Below, piece by piece: positions 12,775-26,497 of a stretch of DNA of 64,000 nt. Each line of letters opens with the position of its first letter. The first letter of the stretch is position 1. Position numbers and translations under genes: made by a program. The stretch spans positions 79,822 to 143,821 of the forward strand of contig MU053444.1 of the NCBI GenBank assembly GCA_013239625.1, read 5' to 3'. Source of the DNA: Lama guanicoe. Its lineage: Eukaryota. The notes under the pieces were generated by a model that did no database searches, was not told where the DNA came from, and was given only the letters and a program-made list of their open reading frames with translations.

Positions 12775-12860
12775 AATAATTTTTCTTATTATTTTTTTAC
12801 ATTGAGGTACTGGAAATTGAACCCAGCACGTATTCTACCCCCTGAACTATACCCTCCCCT
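12775..12860 (-). mobile_element. tRNA-derived SINE (same family, internally deleted)
   Basis: Reverse complement GGGGAGGGTATAGTTCAGGGGTAGAATACGTGCTGGGTTCAATTTCCAGTACCTC. Confidence 0.8.
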
Positions 12861-13919
12861 CCAAAGACAATTATTTTTTTACTTTGACAATATCATACTG
12901 AATTAAGAATTTTTTACTCCATTTTCCCTTCAGAGAGTTTATAACTGAGGGAGAGAGTCAGAGGAAACCCTGGGTCATCCCTTCCTTCTCAGCGGGGTAC
13001 TACACAGCAGAGGAGCTAGGCTGTCTCCAGGCCCAGCTCACCTTTCTGCTCTGAGGGCCGACTCAGGCCACTTCGCTAAACAGAGGCGTGTTAGAAGCAG
13101 CAGAAAGCCAACTAGCGAGCAACAATGACAAAACTGACCCACCTGCAGTTGGACATCATCTGTTCTGAAATGAACCTGTTAAAGCTCTTCTTCCTATTAG
13201 TGGATTGTTTTCAAAAATATTCCCAAGAAGATGACTCTGACTCTATTTTTCTGGATTTCTTGGGCCTTCTATGACTGTAACTGCAGGCTTGATTTTCTGC
13301 ACAATGTCTGCAGGGAAGCCAGGCAGAACACGTGAACAGACCCTGCAGGCCACGGTTGAGGCCTCCGGTCAAAGCATCCTCGTTGTGCAGAGCCTACGTT
13401 CATGGTACCATTTTCATTACTCCTGTAATTAGTTCTCATCCAAGTGTCCCACGAAAAATGTTTATAGATGGAAGGTGGTCTGACGCAAGTGAGCAGTGGG
13501 GATGTGGAATGCAGATGGCAAACAGACTGGAAGTAGAGACGGGAAATGTTTCCTCAGGCTTCAGTTTGGAAAATTTCTGATTTTCATATGGACATTAAAC
13601 TGGGTCAGGCTGAAGCGCCATTTGCTCTAAGATGGGGTGATGTACACGTATCCCTACAACTTCTAAAAAATATGTTGAAGCTGGACGTGACAGCCTAGTG
13701 GACAGACAGCTTAGAGTGACACCTACGTTCCAGAATGCCTATGATCTCGGGCTCACAAAGAGGAAAAGAATACACATATTTTGCCTGTGTAGCTCTATGT
13801 GAAATTATTTTGACCCTTGACGGATGGTGTAAGATCAGAGATCATGTAGTCTTTCTTATGTCGCAAAGACGACAATTCTTCTTGATGAGTCAGCAGATTG
13901 TTTCCGATGGCCCGGGGTC

Positions 13920-14850
13920 TGTGCCAGACATTAGCTGTCTAGAAAAATACCACAGAGCCCCCTTCCCTCAAGGAGATCACAGTGTGTCGTGGAAGATACA
14001 AATTTAAATAAGTTTTCAGAACAATGTGGTTAGATTCACTTGGCATCATGTATACTGCATGTTCAGAGGAGCTCTTGCACTGCCTGGGGCAGGGTTCTAG
14101 AAGGTAGGGAAGGTGTCAGAGAGGAAATGCTTTCTGCACTGACATCTGAAGGTTTCCAGCAAATCTCTAGACCAGGAGAGTGCTTGCTGGGCACAGGATT
14201 CTCGGCAGCTTGCGTGTCTAGTGCAGAGGTCTGGTTGTGCCTAAGAGTACTTTGCACTTAGGGAAGGAAGGTCAGTGAGGTTAGAGGCTGTGAGGAACTA
14301 ACGGAAGCTGAGGCTGAAAAAAAGCAGCAACTAGGTGATGAGAAGGTGTGACATTAAATCAGGGAGCGTGGATTTCCTCACATACACAGCGGGGAATTCT
14401 TTGGGGTTTTAAGGAGGAGAGTGACACAGATTAGTCATTAAAAGTGAGAAAAGTGGATTGTTCACTCTAAAGTACAGCACTGGGGAGACTAGAAAGGGGT
14501 GTGAATTAATGCAGTGGGGAGCAAGGGGCGGGGACTTAGTTGGGGGATATTAAGGAATAGAATTGTAGTACTGATGAGGGTGAGGGAGTGGAAAAGTAAA
14601 GGAAAACTGCCAGATGTATGTCACGGAAAACAGATGGGATAGTGATGCCATTGTTTGAAGAAGTAAACCTAGTTCTGATCGAGTGTAAATTCAAACACAC
14701 AGAGCTTGAGATTTTTATGGGCTAATCAAGTGGGAATGTCTACTTGTCAATTATAAGTATATTTCTGGGACTGAAATGAAATGTCCTTGCTGGAAAAGAT
14801 TTGACAGTTAATCAGTGGACAGAGAGAAGTTGAAGCCAAGGGACTAAATG
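13920..14850 (-). mobile_element. LINE-2 3' fragment (antisense)
   Basis: Purine-rich L2-like tracts (TGTGCCAGACATT, GGGTTTTAAGGAGGAGAGTGACA, ATGCCATTGTTTGAAG). Confidence 0.5.
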
Positions 14851-14989
14851 CTACCCACTGACATTTTATCAAAGAAAAGGTAAGGAGGGCACTTCTGGTT
14901 CAGAAAATATGGCAGACCGGAAACTTGAAGACCCACTCACTAAAGACACATAAAATCGTAGGACACAATGCCGCCAATCTTTTCTTGTT

Positions 14990-15545
14990 TTTTTTTTTTA
15001 TTTTACAGGCAAGTTTATTGTGGTATGATTCCTGTATAGTAAATTACACATACTTCACATGTACTATTTGATGAATTTGATAGATATCTACACCCAGAAA
15101 ACCATCACCACAATCAACATAGCTAACATTTCCATAACTCCCCAAGAGGGACATTTTTCCAATTCCCGTATTTATCCCTTCCCATCCCCTTCTTTCCCTG
15201 GTAACTGTAAGTTTGTTTCTCTATGTCGGTGGGTCTGTTTCTCTTTTGTAGTTAAGTTCATTTGTGTCTTTTTTTAGATTCCACATATAAGTGATATCAT
15301 ATGGCATTTTTCTCTTTTTCTGGCTTACTTCACTTAGAATGACTATCTCTACGTCCATCCATGTTGCTGCAATTAGAGCATGGGTTGATGTCCTGGCTAT
15401 TATAAATAGTGCTGCTGTGAGCATTGAGGTGCATGTGACTTTTTGAATTAGAGTTTTCTTCTGACATATGCCCGGGAGTGGGAAGGCTGGATCATGAGTT
15501 AAGTCTATTTTCAGCTTTTAAAGGAAATTCCACACTGTCTTCTCT
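14990..15545 (-). mobile_element. Antisense L1 3' fragments
   Basis: Minus-strand peptide LTAALFIIART...AATWMDVEIVILSEVSQKK; TTAGATTCCACATATAAGTGATATCAT. Confidence 0.85.
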
Positions 15546-15758
15546 AGCAAAAATGCAGCCCGTTTTGTGAAAGCAGAACCATACTCAGAAAGTAATGGGT
15601 ATTTCTAGATGCCAGACATGAAGCGCAGTGAGTGTGGCCTGTTCAAGGATCAGAGGGCCATCTGCCAGGGCTGGAGGAGAGTGACAAGGGAAGTGTGGTA
15701 CAGGTAGGATTCAGACAACGTGGGGACCAGACAGGCTGGGATAAGGAGCCTGGACTTC

Positions 15759-16220
15759 CAGTCATCCCTTGGTAACCATGGGGCACTGGTTCCAGGACTC
15801 CCCCTTGACATCAACATCCATGGATGCTGACGCCTCTTGTATAAAATGGCATAGGACATGCATGGAACTTATGTGCACCCTCCCATGTACTTTTTATATA
15901 TATATATACAAACATTTGTTATTGAGTTATAGTCATTTTACAAAGTTGCATCAAATTCCAGCTTACAGCACAATTTTTCAGTTATACATGAATATACACA
16001 TACATTCGTTGTCACATTCTCTTTTGCTGTGTCCTCCTGTGTACTTTAAATCATCTCTAGATTACTCATGGTATCTAATACAACATGAATGCTATGTAAG
16101 TAGTTGTCAGTGTATGGCAAATTCAAGTGATGCTTTTTGAAACTTTCTGTTTTTCTATGAATATTTTCAAACCACTGTTAGTTGAATCTGCTGGATAGGG
16201 AGCCCATAGATACGGAGAAC
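15759..16220 (+). mobile_element. MER2-like TcMar-Tigger DNA transposon interrupted by a short L1 3' insertion
   Basis: Start CAGTCATCCCTTGGTAACCATGGGG..TGGTTCCAGGAC and internal TACTTTAAATCATCTCTAGATTAC match the recalled MER2 consensus. The insert at 15894-16032 is flanked by a 15-bp duplication. Confidence 0.8.
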
Positions 16221-18171
16221 CCCCAAGTTCTTCCTTTCCACCTCCTAAGTTTCCACTGCAAGCACTGAAGGGGTCCAAACATAGAAGAGCCCCATCTACC
16301 CGCTGGAAACGCTGAGGAATTCCTTCAGCTTATGTAGTACAGGAGAGAAGGTATAGGGACAACTAGTGGGAAAGGAGGCCTGCCTGGAGAGGAAGGAGGA
16401 AGGACCGCATTGGAAGCCAGCTCATACCCTTACTGGAGCTAGCTGATAGCAGTGAGGGACGCCGAGGAACTAGAGATACATCACATGGGGGACGATCCTG
16501 GCCACCACTTGCAGGGTTCACATAGCTGGGACCCAGTTTGCAAGATCAAAATAACAAGGGGGGAGAGGGACAGCCTCAGCTCCGGGATCCTGACAATGGC
16601 CACATCATTGTGACTCCAGCTAATGCGGCTCCACTAGTGAAACTAGTGAGCAAAGGAAACTCTGAGCCAAGATATTGCAGATTCCACAGCAGCCACAAGG
16701 ATAACTAGATCTCTAAGCTGACAAAATATAACCACCAGAAACAGGAATCTTTCCTTTTCTCTTCATTTGGACCTTTGGACAGGGAGCCACACATCTCTGA
16801 CAGAAACCATCTTTAATCCAATAGAGAGCTCACATTTTCAGGAATAAGCAAGGAGAAAAAGAGTGGGGTGACAGTTTAAAGCGGAAATAAAAGTGGAAGC
16901 CCATCTGAGAAACGGTAAAAACATGCATCTCAATGAATCCGAGTTATGGCGAAAAGAAGGAGGAAAGTTAAGGAAATCACTATCCAGTAGACAAGACTAG
17001 CCAGTCATAAAAAGACAGGACTTTAAATCAAGAAAACTTTTTTGTTTTTTTGGTGATAAAAATTGAGGATGTTAAAGCTGCATATAGACATGAAAGGGTT
17101 CCAAGTCCACTGCTCGAAAAAAATTAGACAATCATGTATTCACTTGATTTGAAAATCCCGATAAGTACATAATTCAAAAGTGAAGTGGAAAGATATACTA
17201 AATTTATCATTATTGACAAACAGTATCTAATAGATTATTTCATTTTTGATAGTGTTATAGGAATACTGGTCCAATTACATATAAAGTTATGAACTTAGAG
17301 ATGATTTATAAAAATTTAGAGAGAATTTTCATTAAAAGGCAATATAGCTTCCAAATCATTAAACAGAAAATTAACAATAAAAAATTAATCAATCCATCTA
17401 ATATGGAGTAACAGAGACCATATTTACCATCCTAAAATAAACCACAAAATGGATACAATATATGAAGCAATGATTTTTAAGAGACGTGAAAACGATCGCC
17501 CACTAGGACCCTGTCCTGCCACCCCCATACCAAGGTTTCTAGGCCTCCTACTGCCATCACCAAGAATGTCCACCAAGAGGCGACATTTCCTTCCTCTGCT
17601 CCTACTGCAGAGCCAGTCTTGAGCAGTCGTTTTCCAGGTTTTGGCAGGCAGCTCCCAGAAGTGCTCTCATGGGCCTAGGTCCCTTTTGGCCACCAGAAAA
17701 CGGATCAAGGATGGGCAGGGAGCCTCCTTACTCATCCAAGACCTAGGAACCTATCTGATTTCTGAGCAGGGCTTCACTCTTGTCTGCTGTCTGGTACTCT
17801 CTGCCCGGCTTCCCGAGTCCCCAGCTTGGGCAGCCTGCACGCTGGCCACAGCCCATCAGAATCTGTTCCCCCACCAAGAGGCCATGCGTGATCATGAGCA
17901 GGGCTCCAGGCCTATGGAGCAGCATGGCTTGGACTGCGTCCTGGCCCTGGGCGCATGAGCTCCATGTCCATGGTTGAGTCAATTAACATCTCTAAGCTAA
18001 GTTTCCTCATCAGTAAAATGAAGACATATCAATATGGAAAAAGAAATCAGAATCGGGGGAATAAATTTCTGATGACTGAAGATTTTTTTAATTTTGAATT
18101 ATACAGCAAAAGACATCATACACATTTTACTACTTCAGAATTCTAAAGGACAGCTTCTACTGTAAAATCTA

Positions 18172-18460
18172 ATGTATGCACATACACACAAACACACGTG
18201 CAGACACACTGACTCTGCTCCACATACATCCCTACACACACACGTACATCCCTACACACACACGTACATGGACTCATGTACCGCACACACACATACCATA
18301 CACACAACCACACAAGTCCTCAGGAGCACACACACACATAGCATACACACAACCACATACATCCCCAGGCATGTGCACGCACAGCCACACACACACCCAC
18401 AGTCATGTACCACACAATTCCCAAGGTGCGTGAGTGTGCATACACACGTCATACACACCT
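18172..18460 (+). repeat. Degenerate (CA)n-rich low-complexity tract
   Basis: Interrupted CACACACA/CATA runs; explains the His/Thr-rich spurious ORFs. Confidence 0.9.
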
Positions 18461-19591
18461 TTGGCGTTATTCTAAATCAATTTACAATTGAGGGTCTCAG
18501 TGTCCATTATTTTATCTGCTCAGAAGATCCTGACTTCGGAGCGTGAAGCAGGAGCCCCTCCTCTCTGGAGACGGCCTTTGCCACTTACAGTCTCAGTAGA
18601 GCCAACATAAATGCTCTGGACCTTTGGAAGTGCAGTTCCAGAGCATACCTGGGAGCTCACATCCTATATACCTAAACATTTTAAGTGCAGTAGGTTCTAA
18701 AGTCCTGCCTTTACAAATATACATTCATTATAAGGGGGAAGGCTAGGTTCAAAATTAGAATTCCCAGACTCAGGGAAGTCCTGCAAAGAAAGTGAGCGTG
18801 TGGGGAGAGCTGATTCCCAGACTCTGATCACTAGTCTGACTCTTCTTCCCAATGCTGGGTCCATCCTTTGCCATAAGTGGCCTTGGATTTGCACAGGGGG
18901 ACACTCAGATTTCACATCAGGGCTCTGCATATAACCCCCATGCAAACAGCTGCCCTTTGGCCTCTCTGTGAGTCCTGGGAATCTGAACTCCAGGGAGAGC
19001 TGGTGCAGGCACTAGAAATGGGTCAGGGACTGCTGAGTCAGGGCATTCGGGGTCCTGGGTTTCTAGAGCATGGGATGGAGCCAATGACCATGTCCCCTTA
19101 GCCCTGCTGAATCCACCTGATGGAGAGTGTGGCCAGAGTAAGTGTCAGGGCCAGGGGGACCATCTGCAGTGCAGGACCCAGGGCAGTGGCCCCCTTGCCG
19201 GGGTCTATGGCGAGAAGCCCTAAGGAAAGGACTGAGGAGGCTGTAAGGTATCTTCATTCCCATTAATTAAAAAAAACCAAAAGCTTACCACAGGCATGCA
19301 TGGGAAGGGTTTTGTTCTAACAAGGGAATGCACTTGCCAAGGTCTGGCCATAGAGGACTGGTGGGCTTGCCAGGTTGATGAGGAACCGAGAGGCCATTAG
19401 CCTGCACCGGGTCTAAACACTGCCTGAATTCCTCCAGGTGTCACTTAAATGCAGTGAGACATGGAACCCTCTCAAGTTGTTAAAATATTCATGGTGAGCC
19501 ATTCAACTCTCTCCTCACTCTTGGCTACGAAAGCACGATAAACACAGGTGGGAATCTCATCAGCCTGTTGGTTGGTTCACTGTCCATCAGG

Positions 19592-19752
19592 NNNNNNNNN
19601 NNNNNNNNNNNNNNNNNNNNNNNNNNNNNNNNNNNNNNNNNNNNNNNNNNNNNNNNNNNNNNNNNNNNNNNNNNNNNNNNNNNNNNNNNNNNNNNNNNNN
19701 NNNNNNNNNNNNNNNNNNNNNNNNNNNNNNNNNNNNNNNNNNNNNNNNNNNN
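19592..19752. other. Assembly gap (161 N)
   Basis: Run of N. Confidence 1.
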
Positions 19753-20904
19753 GAAGGAGGCATGTTAGCCACCTCTCAAACACTGAGGCTTCTCCTGGGA
19801 GGAGCCTGCAGAACCCCAGTCCAGCCTCTGCACAGTGATGCTCCTTAGTGTCACTCCCAGCTTGCTGCCCTGGCCTCTAACTCTGGCCAGAACCTCGCTG
19901 GATTGTCGATAAATGTCACCCATGCACCATGTCTAAGCTTGGGGTCCAGATGTGACCATGGTTCTTATTTTCTTCCCATCGATGGATTGTTTGATCTTCG
20001 TGTAATTGTGTCAGCAGGAAGGCCAGTACCGCCCTCTTGAGGCCTCCCCATGCCGCCTCTGTCTATAACTGTCCTAGCGCCCCAGGGGATCGGGTCTGAA
20101 GACTGGCACTCAGACACGAGGATGACAGCTGGAGGGACAGGAATCCACTCCTGCTGTGGCTTCTGCTGAGGCTCGATGTGGCCATACAAACGGATCCCAC
20201 AGGCCCTGACTTCACTTGACTCGCTGCAGGGATGCTCCCACACTGCCCCGTTTCCCCCAGAGACCGAGGGCTTTCTGCTTGTTCCTGAAGGCCCCACCCC
20301 TGAGGGGGCACTGGGTCCAGTGGAGCGCCCAACCTGGTTTCCCGCCAGCCCTTAAGGCTTTCGTGGGGCTTGGAATATCAACTTCCCTCCCCTTAGGGGC
20401 CCATTTGTCCTTTCCAGCCAACAGACCTAGGTCATAAGGACTTTAACTCACCTGAGGATGTTTTCCTCACTTCAGGGGAAGTGAGGACTGGGTTTCTTCA
20501 CACTCCAAGTGCCCCCGGTCTGGATGCAGACAGTCTGGCTCTCACCCGAGTCCTGCAGTTCCCGGCCACACCTGCTGCTGGTCACTGAGTCTGTGCTGTG
20601 TTCTATTCCAGGACAAGAAGTGCAATCTGCCCCCTGCCCTGCCCCCACCAGTGGTGTCAGAGGTGGCAGACAGGCAGGTGAGCTGGAGCCTGAGACAGTG
20701 CCAGCAAATCAGTGCCCCAGAGGCCATTGGTGACTAGAGGGACCACGGGCCAGAAGCCAGCATGGGAAGGGAGGAGGAGGAAGGTTCAGGATAAGGAGAT
20801 GAAAGGGGGAATGGATAGCACCGTGAGGACCTCGACCATGAAAGGGAAGAGAAAAGACAGTGACAGCTGGAGCGGTGTCGGCGTTAAAAGCTGCAAGCTT
20901 TTTT

Positions 20905-21215
20905 TTAAATTTTATTAATTACCAATATATATTGACAGATTTCTTATTTTATTAAAGATTTTGTGTCATGTCATATAACAGGATATAGTATGTTATTATT
21001 TATTAAATAATACATAATAGAAGATATACTAGCATATTATGTTCTGTTTACTTATTAGCAGATAATATATAATATATATGTAGGTGTTTACATACATAAT
21101 ATATAATTTATGCATCTATATAATATATACACCATAAGAAATAATGTAAGATTATGATTAATATATAATATAACAAGACTACATAAAAATAATGATGTAA
21201 TATTACCCATTGTAT
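20905..21215. repeat. AT-rich low-complexity tract
   Basis: TA-dominated sequence. Confidence 0.8.
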
Positions 21216-24200
21216 GTCTTGGTTCATGACACATTCTCATCGTATGTGCCTGAGGTATTTATGTATTAAAATTAATATTATAAGACACAGTTATGAACAT
21301 ATCACCCAGCATCATAACAGGAATATTGACAATGACATACTGTGTCCTCTTTCCCTATCCTGCTCTTGGCCTCTTCTCACAGGAAGTAACCAGCATCCTG
21401 AATCCTGGCTTACCATTCTCTTGTATTATTTTCACACACACAATATTTAAGATCAGTTAAAATACATGAACTGCAGGTACATGCAACGAAATGGATGAAT
21501 CATACACTCTACGTTAAATTGAAAAAGTAAGCCCTAGAAGGTAGCTTATAATGTGCTGTGCTTTTAACTTTGTATATATATGTCAACTAAACTCACTGAA
21601 TTAAGCTAGAGTCCAGGTGGGAGAGAGATAAATAAAAGGTGAGGTGAGCAGAATTGCTTCAGGTGAGCGAGTTCCTTTCTAGTAACATGTCATTCTCTCT
21701 GAAGCAGGAGGCAAGGCCATCTGCTGGGAGTCAGGGAAGAGAAAGAGGGAAGCTTAGAGGTGTGCAGAGAGCAGAGAATGTTGACACCACTGAGTGATAA
21801 GTGGAGAAATGTGCTCACTAGAGAAATCCTGGAGGATTGCCTGGAAGTGGCAACATGGTGGGCATTGATTTGTAGTCTTAGAAATCTGTGCTGGGAGAGC
21901 CTGCTGCCTGCAGGCTCAGAACAAATAGAGCTGGATGAACCGAGATGGAAGTCGTCCTGGTGAGTAACTGAAAAGATCAAGGGTCAAGGGGGTTTTGTTT
22001 GTCATAAAGAGAATGCTGACTGTGGATGCAGAGCTGGAAGGTGGGGAAGTGGAAGTAAGAGGAACGTGGACAGGCAGGAAAGCAAAGGAGTCAGCGCTTG
22101 ATGCCCCAGTGAGGGTGAAGGTGGGACAGGGAGGCTGGTGGAGAAGTAGCTGGATGGCAAGAGGTGGGCACTTAAAGGAGAGAGGCTGGACCTGGGGTGG
22201 AGACACGCCCGGGTATGAGCCCGGGGGTAGGGTGAATGGGGGGTGGCTGGCTCAGGCTGACAGAAAAGAAGACCCTAAAATAACCATACTGGGTGGTGGA
22301 GGGAGAATAAACTTTGATGTCTTGATGGTAGGAGGTGAGGCAATACAGAGCTGGTGGTCCAGGTGCTCCTGACTGAGGCAGATGAGCAGGGAGGCCAGGG
22401 TGGCAGGCACTGCTAGGAAAGGATCTTGGTTTTCCAGGTGCTCCCAAGAGAGGAGGAGCAATGATCTTAACGTGGAAATTGAGCACAAGGAGGTCAACCA
22501 AGGATCCTGATCAAATGGGGGTGTGTGAGGGGGCAAAGCATCAACTACAGAGATGGTTACCCAGGAAGCAGGGACCACGGGGGAAGTGAGGGGACACTCA
22601 GAGAAGAGAGGGAGGAAAGTCTTCTGCTTGTAGGGGGAAGAAAGGCCCCAGGACAAAGGAGCACAGAGGCATAGTGATGAGGATGGACTGGCTCTATGGT
22701 GGCACTGAAGGGATGGCTGGATCTTTGTCCTGAGGGCTTAGTTTGGGGGTATTACTGGCCTCATGAGGACTCCCCTCTCAGCAGCCTGGACAGAGGCTGT
22801 CACTCCTGAGAGCTGTGTGGCCACCACTGTTCCCGGAGGGGCTCTGCCTCCATCTTCTCTTATCAGACATTCCTGCTCAGCCCCCAACCACCAGTGAGGG
22901 AGCCTGGGCCTCACAGCTGCTTCCCACGGAGAGACACAGGCTCCTCGGAGAAGCAGGCTGATCTAACTTTTCTCCATAACCCAGGGCCTAGCAAAGCGCC
23001 AGCCCATGTGTGGGCCATGTAGGGACTCAGAAACTTACCAAACTAACTCAAAGCAGTAGAATAACAGAGCTGGAGGAAGTGACCACTGAGCTCACAGAGT
23101 TCACTGCCCACACCCCCATTCTACAGATGAGGAAACAGAGACCAAGCAGTGAAGCAGCCTTGGCCAAGGTCACACCACTCTTAAATGCTGGCCTGTGTAA
23201 GGCATGCCAAGTGATGAGCTGCAGTGAAGGGCCTGAGAGGGGGCTCTGGGGCCAGACAGCTTGGGTTCAAGTCCCAGCTCTGCCTTTTATTAGCCGTGTG
23301 ATTAAGGAATGTCCTTACCTTTAAAGTGGAACTCCTAGTGGTGCCAACTCATTGGATTGTCGTGAACACAGCGTTCCTGGAACAGCAGGACAGAGTTCTG
23401 TAAGGGTTTGCTATTGCTTTGGTTACTATTATTATCACCAAGTGAACCCTGGAATGAAGAACAAAGGCAGCAAGAAATTTTATTTAAAGGATTTTAAAAT
23501 CCTCTGATGAATATTTCATTTCATCTATTCAAGTTTGCATTTGACCCTTATTAACAACTACACAATGGATGACTTTTGAGGCAATATTGCTTCATGTCTT
23601 TAATTCTCACTAACGACACAGGCTATTTAACAGGCATCAGTTTCTTTTCCAGGAAGAGGGACAAAAAGTTAAAAATGACTCAGTGCCTCTCGGTCCCCAG
23701 TGAGTTGGTTGTGACATGTCAACCCAGCTTTGGGGAAGTGCCCGCTCCCCCTGGGCTCACTGAGCTGCCCCGCAGCCTCCAAGGGGCACCATACTCCCAC
23801 ACGAATCCACTCTCTTGGTTCCTATCTTTGCTTCAGATCCCTCAAGGACTGCCCATGCCACAGGGCCACATCTGCCCTACCAACTTTGGCTGCTGGACTC
23901 CAGGACACTATCCTGGGTCTCAACCATCCTCTGTTCCTATGACCGCCCCTCTACTATACATTTTGTCCTTCAAGTTTGGGCTTCTGTGGCTCGCCACACA
24001 GCAGGGGTCTCCCCGTCATCCACCTTGGGTGACTGCATAGTCCTGCACGATGCCTAGCGAACCCGTGTGGAGGCAGGAAGAATACAGAACAACAGGTGCT
24101 CAGAGGGGCTGCCTTTCCCACTGCAGGGGCCCTAGAGAGCCTTCTCCCAGCTGGTTAATCACAGGCGCTGAAGCTGTGGAATCTCAATCTCACCAATTTA

Positions 24201-24519
24201 AAGGGCATCGTCACTAATTACAAAAGCAATCATTTCTTCAGTAGCAAAAGGAGAAAAGACTTTGTGTCCCCCACCTCCAAATTTTTTCCTCCACCTTCAG
24301 ATGTTCCTCATCTCTGGGCAAGGGTAGAAAGCAACTAACAGAATATTATTTTTCAGTGTTTTTTCCCACTCTGAAGATTGCTTTCCCAGAACCGATGAAG
24401 GCTAGAATTGTTTAGCTTTCCTGGACTGAGTATTCAGAGGACTGGGGGGAGGGGGAGGGGAGAGGTGAGCTAACTCAGCAATATTGAACCTAACAGAGAC
24501 ATTAGAAAGTTCTATTCTA

Positions 24520-26070
24520 AGCAGAAAGGAAGCAGGATGCTATAGAAACAGGAAAACCATAGTTGGAAATGCAATAACGAGTTACAAGAGAATAAACATA
24601 AAGATGTAAAAATGGAAAAGGACATCTAAATAAAAAAGGTGGAAATGGGAGAGGGGAGCAAGAAAATATAGATTTTTTTCTTTCTTTTTTTCTTCATTAT
24701 TCTTAGGATGTGTTGGAGCCTACATGATTATTAGTCTAAAGGAAATAGATATAGTAATGGGTTGATAAATTTGAAGAATAAGGTAAGCACAAATCAAAAG
24801 CATACAATAGAGTCGCAAAAAACCCAAAAAGAAAGAAACTCAAAATGGCTCAAAGACTTAAATATTAGACAAGACATTATAAACTTCTCACAAGAAAACA
24901 TAGGCAAAACATTATTTGACATACATCTCAGCAATGTTTTCCTAGGGCAATCTAAGCAACCCAATCAACAGAAATAAAAGCCAAAATAAATAAATGAGAC
25001 CTAATTAAACTTATAAACTTTTGCACAGCAATAGAAACCATAAGTAAAAGCAAAGACAACCTATGGAATGGGAGAAAATATTTGCAAAAGATGAGACTGA
25101 CCATGGCTTAATTTCTAGACTATATAAATAGTTCATACAACTTAATAAGAAAAAAAATAAACAACCAAGTCCAAAAATGGGCAGAACACCTAAACAAGCA
25201 ATTCTCCATTGAAGACACACAAACGGCCAATAGGCATATTAAAAAAATGCTCAATATCGCTCAATTATCAGAGAAATGTAGCTCAAAACTAGAATGTTAT
25301 CATCTCACACCACTCAGAATGGCCATCATTCAAAAGTCCACAAGCCATAAATGCCAGAGAGGCTGTGGAGAAAAGGAAACCCTCCTACATTGTTGGTGGG
25401 AATGTAGTTTGGTGTAGCCACTGTGGAAAACANNNNNNNNNNNNNNNNNNNNNNNAAAAAAAAAAAAAAAAAAAAGACTTGTCACCTAATCCAGCAATCC
25501 CACTCCTGGGCATATATCCAGAGGGAACCTTAATTCCAAAACATACCTGCATCCCAATGTTCACAGGAGCACTGTTTACAATGGCCAAGACATAGAAACA
25601 AACTAAACATGCACTGACAGATGACTGGATAAAGATGTGGTATTTAGATATAACAGAATATTACTCAGTCATAACAAAGAAGGAAATAAGGCCATTTACA
25701 GCAACTTGGATCGAACTGGAGATTATCTCACTAAGTGAAATAAGTCAGACAAAGACAAGTATCATATGATATCATTTATATGTGGAATTTTAAAAAAATG
25801 ATACAAATGAACTTATTTATAAAACAAAAACAGACTCACAGATTTATAAACCAAATTTAGGAGCTTGGGATTAACAGATACAAATTATTATATGTAAAAC
25901 AGACAAACGACAAGGATTCATTGTAGAACACAGGGAACAATATTCAGTATCTTGCAATCTATAATGGAAAAGGACCTGAAAAAGAATAGACTATGCATAT
26001 TTACAACTGAATCACTATGCTGTATATCTGAAACTAACAAAACATTGTAAATCAACCACATTTAAATTTA
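24520..26070 (+). mobile_element. LINE-1 remnant (upstream fragment joined to ORF2 3' end and 3'UTR); contains a gap
   Basis: ORF2 C-terminal peptides SKWLKDLNIRQDIINFSQENIGKTLFDI and PAIPLLGIYP...CIPMFTGALFTMAKT; the 3'UTR ends ACATTGTAAATCAAC near 26055. Confidence 0.93.
25433..25455. other. Assembly gap (23 N) next to a poly-A run inside L1
   Basis: Run of N. Confidence 1.
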
Positions 26071-26497
26071 AAATTCGGTAAGCTCTAAATACCTTTATTC
26101 AAAGAAAATCTTGAACCCTTCCCTCTTACAAAACTTAAAATGGGTAGCTTGAGCAGGACCAAATTATACACACACATTATGTTCTCCAACAGGTAAGAAC
26201 ATCCCTGAGTGCACAGGGAGTGAGTACTTCTGGGACAAGGCCTCTGTGGCAGTGGTCTCCTTGTCACCACTCCATCTCACCAGGAGGCCAGGGTTTTCAG
26301 AGGTGAGGGGATATAGAGCTCATACACTTTAAATTGATTTCCCAAAAAAACTATGGAAAAACCAAATTCACCTGCAGTGTGGGAAACATGAGCAGGGCCC
26401 CTAAGCAGATAAACAAGCCCAACGTAAGATGGCCCGATGTTCAGATCGGAAGCAGAACAACGACCACCTGGCCCCAGTTAAATGACCACCACCTCAC

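Noticed and set aside
19548..19838. ORFs containing X runs
   Set aside because: Artefacts of the N gap.
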